Source: a virus
Lineage: Duplodnaviria; Caudoviricetes
Reading direction: 5' to 3' (one strand)
IMG/VR virus record: IMGVR_UViG_3300023184_002375
Span: 1,725-65,724 of that record
Length of the DNA: 64,000 nt
This document shows, in pieces, positions 11,291 through 21,600 of the stretch. The translations under genes were made by a program, and so were the position numbers. Numbering within the stretch: position 1 is the stretch's first letter; every line of letters begins with the position of its first letter. Under the pieces are notes generated by a model. The model was given only the letters and a program-made list of their open reading frames with translations, ran no database searches and was not told the DNA's origin.

Positions 11291-14200
11291 ATGAGTCAGT
11301 TAAAATATTATAATACCTTAACATCACAATGGGAATCCGTGGTAGTAGGTGCCACTGGATATACAGGTAGTCGAGGCGCATATGATGCAATTGGATTTAC
11401 TGGTAGTCAAGGAGACAAGGGTGATCTAGGAGATCAAGGACTACCAGGAACTACCGGTACACAAGGACCTAGAGGTTTTACCGGTGATCAAGGAGTAAGT
11501 ATTGTATTAATTGGTAGTACAACTACTGTTACTACATCAACTGTTGGGTATGGGCTACCAGGACAGGGTTGGATTAATACTACTAACGGAGATGTATACT
11601 TCTGGAATACTGTTACAGTTACCTGGGAAAATATTGGACCAATTGTTGGTCCCCAAGGTGACCCTGGATCAGAGGGTCCACGTGGACCCCAAGGTGAAAA
11701 AGGAAATACAGGTACACAAGGAACCACTGGGTTACAAGGCATTCAAGGTCCTCAGGGCATCCAGGGTATTGTAGGATATACTGGTAGTCAGGGTATACAA
11801 GGTGTACAAGGCAGACAAGGTATACAAGGAACACAGGGCACACAGGGAACTGATGGACTACAAGGTGCTAATGGTATAAGCACAAGTATATTCTTATACT
11901 ACGCTAATACAACTGATACATCGGGTAATCCAAGTAATGGTTATATTCTTTGGAATACTGATCCACAGATTGATTCAACTTCAATTAATATTAGCCATAT
12001 AACAAGAGATGGCATAGACATTGATGTATTCTTAGCAGTATTGTCATCAGCAGAAACTATTTTAATACAAGATCAAGATAATAGTACTAATTATCAAGAG
12101 TTCTTTATAACAGGAACACCTACAAATAATTCAGGATATTGGACGGTACCAGTCGATTTGACTAGATCAAATGGAGATGGTACCATTAACTTTGGTGCTG
12201 ATCAACACTTAATGTTGGCATTGGTTCGCCGAGGTATTCAGGGAATTCAAGGTATACAGGGTACTGAGGGCTTACAAGGTATACAAGGCACTGATGGACT
12301 ACAAGGTATACAGGGCACTGAGGGCTTACAAGGTATACAGGGTACTGAGGGCTTACAAGGTATACAAGGCACTGATGGACTACAAGGTATACAGGGCACC
12401 GAGGGCTTACAAGGTATACAGGGCACTGAGGGCTTACAAGGTATACAAGGCACTGATGGATTACAAGGTATACAGGGCACTGAGGGCTTACAAGGTATAC
12501 AAGGCACTGATGGACTACAGGGCATACAGGGCACTGATGGACTACAGGGCATACAGGGCACTGATGGACTACAGGGCATACAGGGTACTGATGGACTACA
12601 AGGTATACAGGGTACTGATGGATTGCAAGGTATTCAGGGTACTGAGGGTTTACAAGGTATTCAGGGTACTGAGGGTTTACAAGGTATTCAGGGCATAGAT
12701 GGATTGCAGGGTATTCAGGGCACAGATGGATTGCAGGGTATTCAGGGCACAGATGGATTGCAGGGTATTCAGGGCACAGATGGATTGCAGGGTATTCAGG
12801 GTACTGAGGGCTTACAAGGTATTCAGGGCACAGATGGACTGCAGGGCATCCAAGGTTTCCAAGGATATGTAGGTAGCGCAAGTACAGCTACAGGTTATAC
12901 TGGTAGTCAGGGTAATCCAGGTACACCCGGTACTAGTGTAACAATTGTTGGTTCTATATCAACATCATCGTCACTGGTCATTCCGTGGACAGGTAATATT
13001 GGCGATGGATATATTGTAACCTATGATGGACATTTATGGATATGGTCTGATCCTGATTGGACAGATGTTGGACAAATAATTGGTTATACTGGTAGCCAGG
13101 GAACTCAGGGAACTGATGGACCACAAGGCATACAAGGAACTGATGGACCACAAGGCATACAAGGAACTGATGGACTACAAGGTATACAAGGCATACAGGG
13201 AACTGATGGACTACAAGGTATACAAGGTATTCAGGGCACTGATGGACTACAAGGTATACAAGGTATTACTGGTATACAAGGGTCTGATGGTACACAAGGT
13301 ATACAAGGCATTCAAGGTACTGATGGACTACAAGGTATACAGGGCACTGATGGACTACAAGGTATACAAGGCACTGATGGACTACAAGGTATACAAGGCA
13401 CTGATGGACTACAAGGTATACAGGGCACAGATGGTATACAAGGCATTCAAGGTATAATAGGTTATACTGGTAGTCAAGGCATTCAAGGTATACAAGGTAC
13501 TCAGGGCACAGATGGACTACAAGGCATTCAAGGTATAATAGGTTATACTGGTAGTCAAGGCATTCAGGGTACCAACGGACTACAAGGTATACAGGGTACT
13601 CAGGGCACAGATGGTTTACAAGGCATTCAAGGTACCAATGGTTTACAAGGCATTCAAGGTGTTTTAGGTTATACCGGTAGTGCTAGTACAGCAATTGGAT
13701 ATACAGGTAGTCAAGGAGTACCTGGCACACCTGGTACTAGTGTGGTTATCGTTGGCTCAACATCATCATATTCAACATTAATTATTCCATATCTAGGAAA
13801 TATTGGTGATGGATATATTTTAATAGACACTGGCCATCTTGCTGTTTGGTCTGGAACAATATGGAATGATGTTGGAGAATTCATTGGATATACAGGCAGT
13901 CAAGGCTCTCAGGGTATTCAAGGTACAGATGGATCACAGGGCATTCAAGGTACACAAGGAATTCAAGGCTCTAATGGTATAAGCACTAGTTTATTTTTAT
14001 ATAAGGCCAATGTAGCTAATACATCGGGTAATCCAAGTAATGGTTATATTCTTTGGAATACTAACACTCAGATTGATTCAACTTCAATTAACATTAGTCA
14101 TATAACAAGAGATAGTATAGATATTGATGTATTCTTAACGTTGCTGTCAGCAGCAGAAACTATTCTAATACAAGATCAAGATAATAGTACTAATTATCAA

Positions 14201-15097
14201 GAGTTCTTTATAACAGGAACACCTACAAATAATTCAGGATATTGGACCGTACCGGTTGATTTGACCAGATCAAATGGAGATGGTACCATTAACTTTGGTG
14301 CTGATCTCCACTTAATGTTGGCATTGGTTCGCCGAGGTAGTCAAGGAACACAGGGTGTAATAGGTTACACTGGTAGTCAAGGTATACAGGGTATTGTAGG
14401 ATATACCGGTAGTCAAGGTATACAAGGTATAATAGGTTACACCGGTAGTCAAGGCATTCAAGGAACACAGGGTGTAATAGGTTATACCGGTAGCCAAGGT
14501 ATCCAAGGTATTCAAGGTACCAACGGATTACAAGGTATACAAGGTGCTTATCCCTTTGACTATCAAGGTGAGTGGACAAGTAGCGTTCCAAATTATTTCT
14601 TTGGAATGGTTGTTAAGTATAATAATGGTCTTTGGATTGCAAATGCTACTTCTAACTATACGCAGGCCCCTAGTGCAGGTGATTTAGATGCATATGGTAG
14701 TTTAATTTGGTTACCGTTTAATAAAGGTGATACTGGTAGTCAAGGTATACAAGGTATAGTAGGTTACACTGGTAGCCAGGGTATACAAGGACGTCAAGGT
14801 ATTATCGGTAGCCAAGGTATAGTAGGTTACACTGGTAGCCAGGGTATACAAGGTCGCCAAGGTATTCAAGGTATAATAGGTTATACTGGTAGCCAGGGTG
14901 TACAAGGTACCAGAGGTCTGCAAGGCATACAAGGGCTAGGTATACAAGGCGTACAAGGTATACAAGGTGCAGTGGGTCCAATGGGCCCAGCAGGTACAGG
15001 TGGATCAGGCGGCGGCGGCAGTTATAACTTAGATGGGGGTTATCCTGGTACAAATTATGGTGGAATTACCAGTTTAGATGCTGGCGGCGTAACTTGA
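11291..15097 (+). CDS. 1268-aa collagen-like fibre protein
   Basis: Long [15 protein letters not shown] triplet runs interrupted by small globular modules, a duplicated ~120-aa domain, and a C-terminal NLDGG.P.TNYGG..SLDAGGV motif. Confidence 0.9.
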   Translation: MSQLKYYNTLTSQWESVVVGATGYTGSRGAYDAIGFTGSQGDKGDLGDQGLPGTTGTQGPRGFTGDQGVSIVLIGSTTTVTTSTVGYGLPGQGWINTTNGDVYFWNTVTVTWENIGPIVGPQGDPGSEGPRGPQGEKGNTGTQGTTGLQGIQGPQGIQGIVGYTGSQGIQGVQGRQGIQGTQGTQGTDGLQGANGISTSIFLYYANTTDTSGNPSNGYILWNTDPQIDSTSINISHITRDGIDIDVFLAVLSSAETILIQDQDNSTNYQEFFITGTPTNNSGYWTVPVDLTRSNGDGTINFGADQHLMLALVRRGIQGIQGIQGTEGLQGIQGTDGLQGIQGTEGLQGIQGTEGLQGIQGTDGLQGIQGTEGLQGIQGTEGLQGIQGTDGLQGIQGTEGLQGIQGTDGLQGIQGTDGLQGIQGTDGLQGIQGTDGLQGIQGTDGLQGIQGTEGLQGIQGTEGLQGIQGIDGLQGIQGTDGLQGIQGTDGLQGIQGTDGLQGIQGTEGLQGIQGTDGLQGIQGFQGYVGSASTATGYTGSQGNPGTPGTSVTIVGSISTSSSLVIPWTGNIGDGYIVTYDGHLWIWSDPDWTDVGQIIGYTGSQGTQGTDGPQGIQGTDGPQGIQGTDGLQGIQGIQGTDGLQGIQGIQGTDGLQGIQGITGIQGSDGTQGIQGIQGTDGLQGIQGTDGLQGIQGTDGLQGIQGTDGLQGIQGTDGIQGIQGIIGYTGSQGIQGIQGTQGTDGLQGIQGIIGYTGSQGIQGTNGLQGIQGTQGTDGLQGIQGTNGLQGIQGVLGYTGSASTAIGYTGSQGVPGTPGTSVVIVGSTSSYSTLIIPYLGNIGDGYILIDTGHLAVWSGTIWNDVGEFIGYTGSQGSQGIQGTDGSQGIQGTQGIQGSNGISTSLFLYKANVANTSGNPSNGYILWNTNTQIDSTSINISHITRDSIDIDVFLTLLSAAETILIQDQDNSTNYQEFFITGTPTNNSGYWTVPVDLTRSNGDGTINFGADLHLMLALVRRGSQGTQGVIGYTGSQGIQGIVGYTGSQGIQGIIGYTGSQGIQGTQGVIGYTGSQGIQGIQGTNGLQGIQGAYPFDYQGEWTSSVPNYFFGMVVKYNNGLWIANATSNYTQAPSAGDLDAYGSLIWLPFNKGDTGSQGIQGIVGYTGSQGIQGRQGIIGSQGIVGYTGSQGIQGRQGIQGIIGYTGSQGVQGTRGLQGIQGLGIQGVQGIQGAVGPMGPAGTGGSGGGGSYNLDGGYPGTNYGGITSLDAGGVT
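12230..13730 (+). repeat. Collagen-like coding repeats (27-nt [18 protein letters not shown] units)
   Basis: More than 20 near-perfect 27-nt units in 12230-12860, plus further triplet runs. Confidence 0.9.
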
Positions 15098-15103
15098 TAA
15101 ATA
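15098..15103 (+). promoter_or_regulatory. Late-promoter-like TAAATA
   Basis: Directly after the TGA of 11291..15097, upstream of 15130. Confidence 0.6.
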
Positions 15104-15129
15104 CCTCTAAGCAGGTATAAAAGGTAAAA

Positions 15130-18100
15130 ATGGCAGTACAAATCCAATTTAGACGGGGAACAGCATTTGAATGGCATTCCGTTAATCCCAAACTGGCCGA
15201 AGCAGAAATGGGGATCGAAACCGACACCAATTTGTTCAAAATTGGAAACGGTATTGACTTCTGGGATGATTTAGACTATGGCGGTATACAAGGTTATACC
15301 GGTTCTGCTAGTACATCTACATTAAGTATTGCAGTTAGTAATGTGCTTTACGTTAGTAAAAGTGGTAACGATGCTAATGACGGACGTAGTTTAGCCAGCA
15401 CTAAACTTACTATTGCATCAGCTGTGGCAGCAGCAGGAACAGGAACTACTATTTTTGTCAAAAGTGGCGATTATACTGAAATAACCCCTATTACAGTACC
15501 TGATTTTGTGTCTATTGTAGGCGATAATCTACGATCTGTAACCGTTAGACCTACTACCTCTACACACGATATATTCTATGTCAATAACGGTGTTTATATT
15601 GCACATATGACATTTAAAGATCACGAGTCTCCGGCCGCAGCAATTTCATTTAATCCTGATGGGAGTGCTGGAGTTATTTCTACCAGCCCATATGTACAAA
15701 ATTGTACAAGTATGACCACAGATGGTACAGGTATGCGTGTAGATGGTAATTTTGCATTGGGCACTAAGAGTATGGTTGTTGATGCGTTTACACAATATAA
15801 TCAAGGTGGTATTGGTATACATATGCTCAACAGTGGATATACACAGCTTGTTTCTGTGTTTACCATTTGTTGTGATAAGGGTATATTATGTGAATCTGGA
15901 GGCTTCTGCTCTATTACCAATAGTAATAGTAGTTTTGGTAATTATGCACTATATGCAGATGGGGTAGGTGCGGTAAAATATACAGGCAACGTTAATGGCG
16001 ATACCAGCGGCAGAACATTTGTTATAGATAATTTAAGCCAAAAGCCTAGTATTGGTGATGCAATAAGTTTCGGTGATGGTAACTACTATACTATTACTGC
16101 TAGTACCACATTTAAACCAGGTAACGTTGATATAACTTATCCTTATCTTCTTGCGGAACTTGCAGGATTTAGAAATGCTAGACAAACTATATTAAATGAT
16201 AAACCTAAATTACAAGTCCAAACAATTAATCATGTTTTAGAAACATTCCCGGGCTTTGATTTTAATCAATTTAAATGTAGTAGAGATGTAGGTATAATTT
16301 TAGAATCTGTATGCTATGATATGGTATTGAATACAAATTATCAAAGTATCTTAGCAGGTACTAGTTATTATAGAGCTGCATCGTCTACGGTAATTACTAC
16401 TCAATTAACAGAAACATTAAGTGCTGTAACTTATTTAAAAGGCAAAGTGTTGGAATTACTAGAAATTGCCACTGACCCTTACACTCGTGTCGCTGATTTA
16501 TTTGATATAATATTAAACATTATGGAAAATGGATTAGGTGTTGCACCTTCATTTACATTTAATCCTCCAACTACAGCTACTATACATACACAAAATGCAG
16601 TACTTCAATTGCAAGCTAATAAAAATTTTATTGCTGAAGAAACCGTAGCTTATGTAAGTGGGTTTACTTATAATACAGCAACTTGTTATAGAGATACAGG
16701 ACTTGTTATTGATAGTATAGCATTTGACTTACTCTATGGTGGAACTAGTCAAAGTGCATTTGCAGGATTACAATATTGGAGCCAAAATAGTTATGTTGGT
16801 GATATAGTTAATCAACTAACCACTACTACTGCTGCTATAGCATATGTTAGAGATCAGGTTAGTGCTATTGCTAATTCTTATGGTGGAACTACTTCAAGGG
16901 ATATAGTAATTGATAATTTTAATACTATTATTGATATTTTAAATACAGGAACAACTGGCGTTACAGATCGAATTGTTCCTAATGGTTTTGCATCCACTAA
17001 TGGTGATATAAATTCTGCCTACATTGCTATATTATCCTTCAAAACTGATATACAAAATAATACCATTGATTGGATTACTACCAATTACCCTGATTTTACC
17101 TATAGTACTTCTACTTGCTATAGAGATGTAGGTTTTATGATTAACAGTGTAGTAATTGATTTGTTACACGGTGGTAATAGACAAAGTATAATGAGCGGAG
17201 TTTACTATTATGGTTATAATACAGCCTCTACCGCAACTGTAATAGCCAACGAAATTCCTCAAACTACTGCTGCATATAATTTTATAAGAGATATATCACA
17301 AAAAATAATTACAAGTACTGTAATAACAGCTACATATCAAACAGTTGTTAGTCAATATATATCTGCTAGTACTGGAACTGTGGCTGAGTCTAGACTAATT
17401 CATACAAAAATATCTACTATAACTAATATTATTAATAATGGCCCTAGTGTTGCACCACCACACGTGCCTATTGGAACAACTCCTAGCAGCGATGCAAATG
17501 TAGAACATGCTTTTGAATTATTATTAAACAATCGAGCATTTATACAAGCAGAAACTGTGGCATTTATTAATACCAGTTATGTCGGAGTAGTTTATAGTAC
17601 AGCTACTTGTAAACGTGATGTTGGATATATAATTGATGCTGTAAGTTATGATTTATTATATGGTGGAAATAGTCAAACTGCTGTAGCCGCCGATTCTTAT
17701 TATGATGGCGCAGTATTTAGAATATCTAATACTGAAAAACTAGCAACCATAGCTGCCTACTATTTTATTAAAACAATAGTCGACGACGTTGTATTAGAAA
17801 ATGTTATAACTCCATTACAATTAGGGGTGTCACAAAATACCAGCAATGATCCAGGATATCAAGAAGATTCAGATCGAGCACAATCATTGATTGATATTGT
17901 TGCCAATGTTGTAGAAAATGCATACTCAAGTACTATTACTCTACAGCAGGCACTAGCAACTGTAGTTGATGATAATACACCTGTTACTTTCCAACAGTAT
18001 AGCTTAATTCAAAGTTCGGCACATAATTTTGAATGGATTGGAGCAGGAACAAATATTAATGCTGCGTTACCTTATTTAGGCGGTGAACCTATTACTGAAA

Positions 18101-18279
18101 ATCAAGCAGTGGCTGTTAATGGTGGTAAAGTTTATTATACTGGTACTGATCAGAAAGGAGATTTCCGAATTGGTAACGATCTGGTTATAAATAACAACAT
18201 AGGAACAATCTCTGGAAGAACATTTACAAAGAGTCTGTTTGCGGTCATGACACCGTATATTTTGGCAATTGGAAGATAA
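15130..18279 (+). CDS. Virion protein: Mtd-N/hyaluronidase-N-like anchor + pectin-lyase-like beta-helix + four helical C-x-R-D repeats
   Basis: N-terminus MAVQIQFRRGTAFEWHSVNPKLAEAEMGIETDTNLFKIGNG matches the major-tropism-determinant N-terminal pattern. LYVSKSGNDANDG...TIASAVAAA...TIFVKSGDYTE is a typical beta-helix lead-in. Four C-x-R-D-[VT]-G repeats follow. Confidence 0.8.
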   Translation: MAVQIQFRRGTAFEWHSVNPKLAEAEMGIETDTNLFKIGNGIDFWDDLDYGGIQGYTGSASTSTLSIAVSNVLYVSKSGNDANDGRSLASTKLTIASAVAAAGTGTTIFVKSGDYTEITPITVPDFVSIVGDNLRSVTVRPTTSTHDIFYVNNGVYIAHMTFKDHESPAAAISFNPDGSAGVISTSPYVQNCTSMTTDGTGMRVDGNFALGTKSMVVDAFTQYNQGGIGIHMLNSGYTQLVSVFTICCDKGILCESGGFCSITNSNSSFGNYALYADGVGAVKYTGNVNGDTSGRTFVIDNLSQKPSIGDAISFGDGNYYTITASTTFKPGNVDITYPYLLAELAGFRNARQTILNDKPKLQVQTINHVLETFPGFDFNQFKCSRDVGIILESVCYDMVLNTNYQSILAGTSYYRAASSTVITTQLTETLSAVTYLKGKVLELLEIATDPYTRVADLFDIILNIMENGLGVAPSFTFNPPTTATIHTQNAVLQLQANKNFIAEETVAYVSGFTYNTATCYRDTGLVIDSIAFDLLYGGTSQSAFAGLQYWSQNSYVGDIVNQLTTTTAAIAYVRDQVSAIANSYGGTTSRDIVIDNFNTIIDILNTGTTGVTDRIVPNGFASTNGDINSAYIAILSFKTDIQNNTIDWITTNYPDFTYSTSTCYRDVGFMINSVVIDLLHGGNRQSIMSGVYYYGYNTASTATVIANEIPQTTAAYNFIRDISQKIITSTVITATYQTVVSQYISASTGTVAESRLIHTKISTITNIINNGPSVAPPHVPIGTTPSSDANVEHAFELLLNNRAFIQAETVAFINTSYVGVVYSTATCKRDVGYIIDAVSYDLLYGGNSQTAVAADSYYDGAVFRISNTEKLATIAAYYFIKTIVDDVVLENVITPLQLGVSQNTSNDPGYQEDSDRAQSLIDIVANVVENAYSSTITLQQALATVVDDNTPVTFQQYSLIQSSAHNFEWIGAGTNINAALPYLGGEPITENQAVAVNGGKVYYTGTDQKGDFRIGNDLVINNNIGTISGRTFTKSLFAVMTPYILAIGR

Positions 18280-18282
18280 AAT

Positions 18283-18624
18283 ATGGCAACCGCAACATTA
18301 CCATTAAATTCGTTTAAAACAAAAGCATTTGAATTAACAAATGCTACTCAAACTGTCTATACTACCCCTGAAGGTGTTACTACCATTGTATTAGGAGCCC
18401 AAGCTACTAATATTGGTGCAAGTCCAGTTACTGTAAGATTTACTTTGGTAAAAAATGCCACTGATTTTGTTATGCTTAAAGATTTTGAAATTCCAGTTAA
18501 TGATGCTTGTGAAGTTACAACGGGTAAGTTAGTAATTGAATCAGGTGCATCAGTTACAGCCAGTGCAGGTGCGAATAATTGTGTTAATTTAGTTTTAAGC
18601 ATATTAGAAACCAGCAATGAGTAA
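18283..18624 (+). CDS. Small beta-sandwich structural protein (113 aa)
   Basis: Clean ORF with VYTTP...TIVL..QATN...KLVIE.G.S..AS pattern; overlaps the next start by 8 nt (ATGAGTAA); resembles 55753..56124. Confidence 0.75.
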   Translation: MATATLPLNSFKTKAFELTNATQTVYTTPEGVTTIVLGAQATNIGASPVTVRFTLVKNATDFVMLKDFEIPVNDACEVTTGKLVIESGASVTASAGANNCVNLVLSILETSNE

Positions 18625-21600
18625 AAGTAGATTATTCAGCGGTAAGATAAAGAAATTAAGCGGTGGCAATCTCACCGCTGATCGCTATGAATATTTAGAC
18701 GCAAGCCAGGCAGAACCAGATCTTGGATTACCATTTAATGATGGACAATTATTAGTTGGATATCTTGATGGTACAAGAGTTTGGTCTAATACAATAACTA
18801 ATGCTACTTTGGTAGGTGTTAATACTGTAACTGGAATATTGTTAATAACCACATCAACAAATTCAATATCAACTAATACAGGTGCGTTAATAGTCTCAGG
18901 CGGTGTTGGTATTGCCGGCGACTTGAATGTTGGCGGATCTATAACTGCTGGAACATTTATTGGATCATTTACTGGAGTAGCAACCACATCTAGTCTTGCA
19001 GATCTTGCCACTACCGCTACTTATGCTCTAAATTTCAATACAAGCACGTTAGTGGCCAATGCAGTTAGTGCTACAACTTCTAACTTTGCTACCACAAGTG
19101 GATTTGCATTAAGTTTCAATACAGCAACATTGGTTGCACATGCAGTTTTAGCCGATACAGCAACTACATCTAATTTTGCTACCACGAGTGGATATGCTTT
19201 AAGTTTTAATACTAGTACGTTAGTATCTGATGCTGTTAGTGCTACAACTTCTAACTTTGCTACCACAAGTGGATATGCTCTAAGTTTTAATACTAGTACG
19301 TTAGTATCTGACGCTGTTAATGCCACAACATCTAATTTTGCTACTACAAGTGGATTTGCGTTAAGTTTTAATACAAGTACTTTGGTAGCCAATGCAGTAC
19401 AAGCATCATCTAGCACATATGCCGATGTTGCAGGAATTTCTTTAACATTAGGTACCGGCACATATACAATTGTTAATACAACACTAGCATTATCAACTAC
19501 TACTGGTGCATTAGTAGTAGCAGGCGGTATTGGTGTAGGTAACGATGTTTGGGTTGGCGGCCAAGTTGTTACATCTGCAATTACCGCTACAACAGATTTA
19601 GTTATAGGTACTACAGGTGCTGTTGAGATTCGTAATAACGGACATCTTACTAAATTTGCATCTAATGGTTATATTGAAGTAGGTGGTAACATTGTTGGTG
19701 GCCCATATGGAGCCAATCAACTAGATCTAGGCGCTAGTGCAAGTTTGTCGGCTGTAAGAAGTATTGGCGGTTCTAATGGCGGTGTATTAATTAGGACAGG
19801 CACTGATACATCAATAACAAATACATGGCAGTTTAGTTATGATGGTAACTTAACAGCTCCAGGCAATATAGTTGTTCAATCAATTGTTACTTCATCATCA
19901 ACTAATAGTGGTGCTCTGCAAGTTGTTGGCGGCGTTGGCATTGGTGGAGATTTGTATGTTGGCGGCAATATTGTTGCACAAAGTTTAACCATTGAATATA
20001 CTACTGTAACTACTACTTTAGTTAAAACAGATGACATAATTCAAACATATAATACTACCAATGCAACAGACACATCTTCTGGTGCTTTACAAGTTTCTGG
20101 TGGAGTAGGCATTGGATTAGATGTTTGGGTAGGTGGAGATGTTTATACAAGAGGTCAGAAAGTAATTACTACTGCTACCGTTAATGATTACGCATCTAAA
20201 ACTATTATTACAGCAGGAACAGATACCGCAGTAAGTACCAGCACAGGTAATGTTACTATTTGGAACACTAGTACACTAGAAAGTGTTACTGGTAGAGGAA
20301 ATACAACCAGTCGTGCTATTAGAATTAATAATACTCTTACTAGCACATCATCATTCTCTGACAATGCATTTTATGTAGCAGGTGGAATTGGTGGTAATAG
20401 TGGTTTTAATATCAACGGTGATGGATATTTACATGGTAATTTAAATGTTAGTGGTTACATTACTGGTACCAATATAACGTTAAATGTTCTGTCTGCTAAT
20501 AGTGCTACATTCTATGGTGATGTAACAGGTAGTGGTGCTTTATATGCCGGTGTGCTTGGATATACTCCATTTGCACAAACAATGGCTCAGTTTACAGGTG
20601 ATCTTAATGATTACATGGAAATTAATGTACAGAACATTAATGCAGGTAACTGGGCCAGCACAGATATTGTAGCATCAGCAGATAATGTCACTGATAGTAA
20701 TGCATTTATTGACATGGGCATTACCAGCAGTGGATGGGACGGAACCGCGCCTGGTACGTTTGGTGACAATCTGGGTCCAAACGACGGCTATTTACTTGTT
20801 GGACACAGTGAGTTTCCAACTGCTGGCCATTTAGTAATTGGTACATTATCAAGCCAAACTAGTGTTAAGATTGTAGTAGCAGGTGAAAACTCGGAATACC
20901 TTACCGCAGTATTTAATACAGCAACTACTGAATCTATATCAACTACCACAGGTGCATTAGTAGTACGTGGTGGCTTGGGCGTAGGCGGCGCAATTAATGC
21001 TATGAATACCAGCTATATTGCTGGTTCAAGAATTTTAACTGCTGTTGATTTACAAACAGTTACACATACTGCTACATATATTACCAATAATCCAGGAACT
21101 ATTTCAGGATTAACTTCTTTGGCAGGAACTACAAGTACAGTTTATGGAACTTATAACTTCGGTACTGTAAGTGACATTTGGGTATTTAACGATTTTAATA
21201 CTGGCACCAATACTGGATTCTATAGTATCAATGATGGGTCTAGTGCTCCTGGACATATTGTTTATATTGGTTTTGAGAACATAACAGATTTCAATCGTAT
21301 TGTATTGAATATTAACTATACTCAAAACTCTGGACATACACAAAATATTGAGCTGTATAACTATCATCAAAATCAATGGGACACATTTACTACATATTCA
21401 GGATCACCTGGTTGGTTTGAGTTTATTTTAGGTACAATTGATTCATTACCTTATATATCTAGTGGTAATGTTACAGCTAGAATTAATCACGTTAGTTTTG
21501 GTAATACAGCACACAGAACTTGGATTGACTATGTCGCCCTTGAAAAGAGTAGTCAAGGTGGACAAGGACCACGCGGCGCCACCGGTGCCCAAGGCACACA

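Noticed and set aside
12230-12860. 27-nt periodic repeats that could be called a CRISPR array
   Set aside because: The repeats are contiguous, in frame and coding (GTDGLQGIQ) with no unique spacers, and there are no cas genes.
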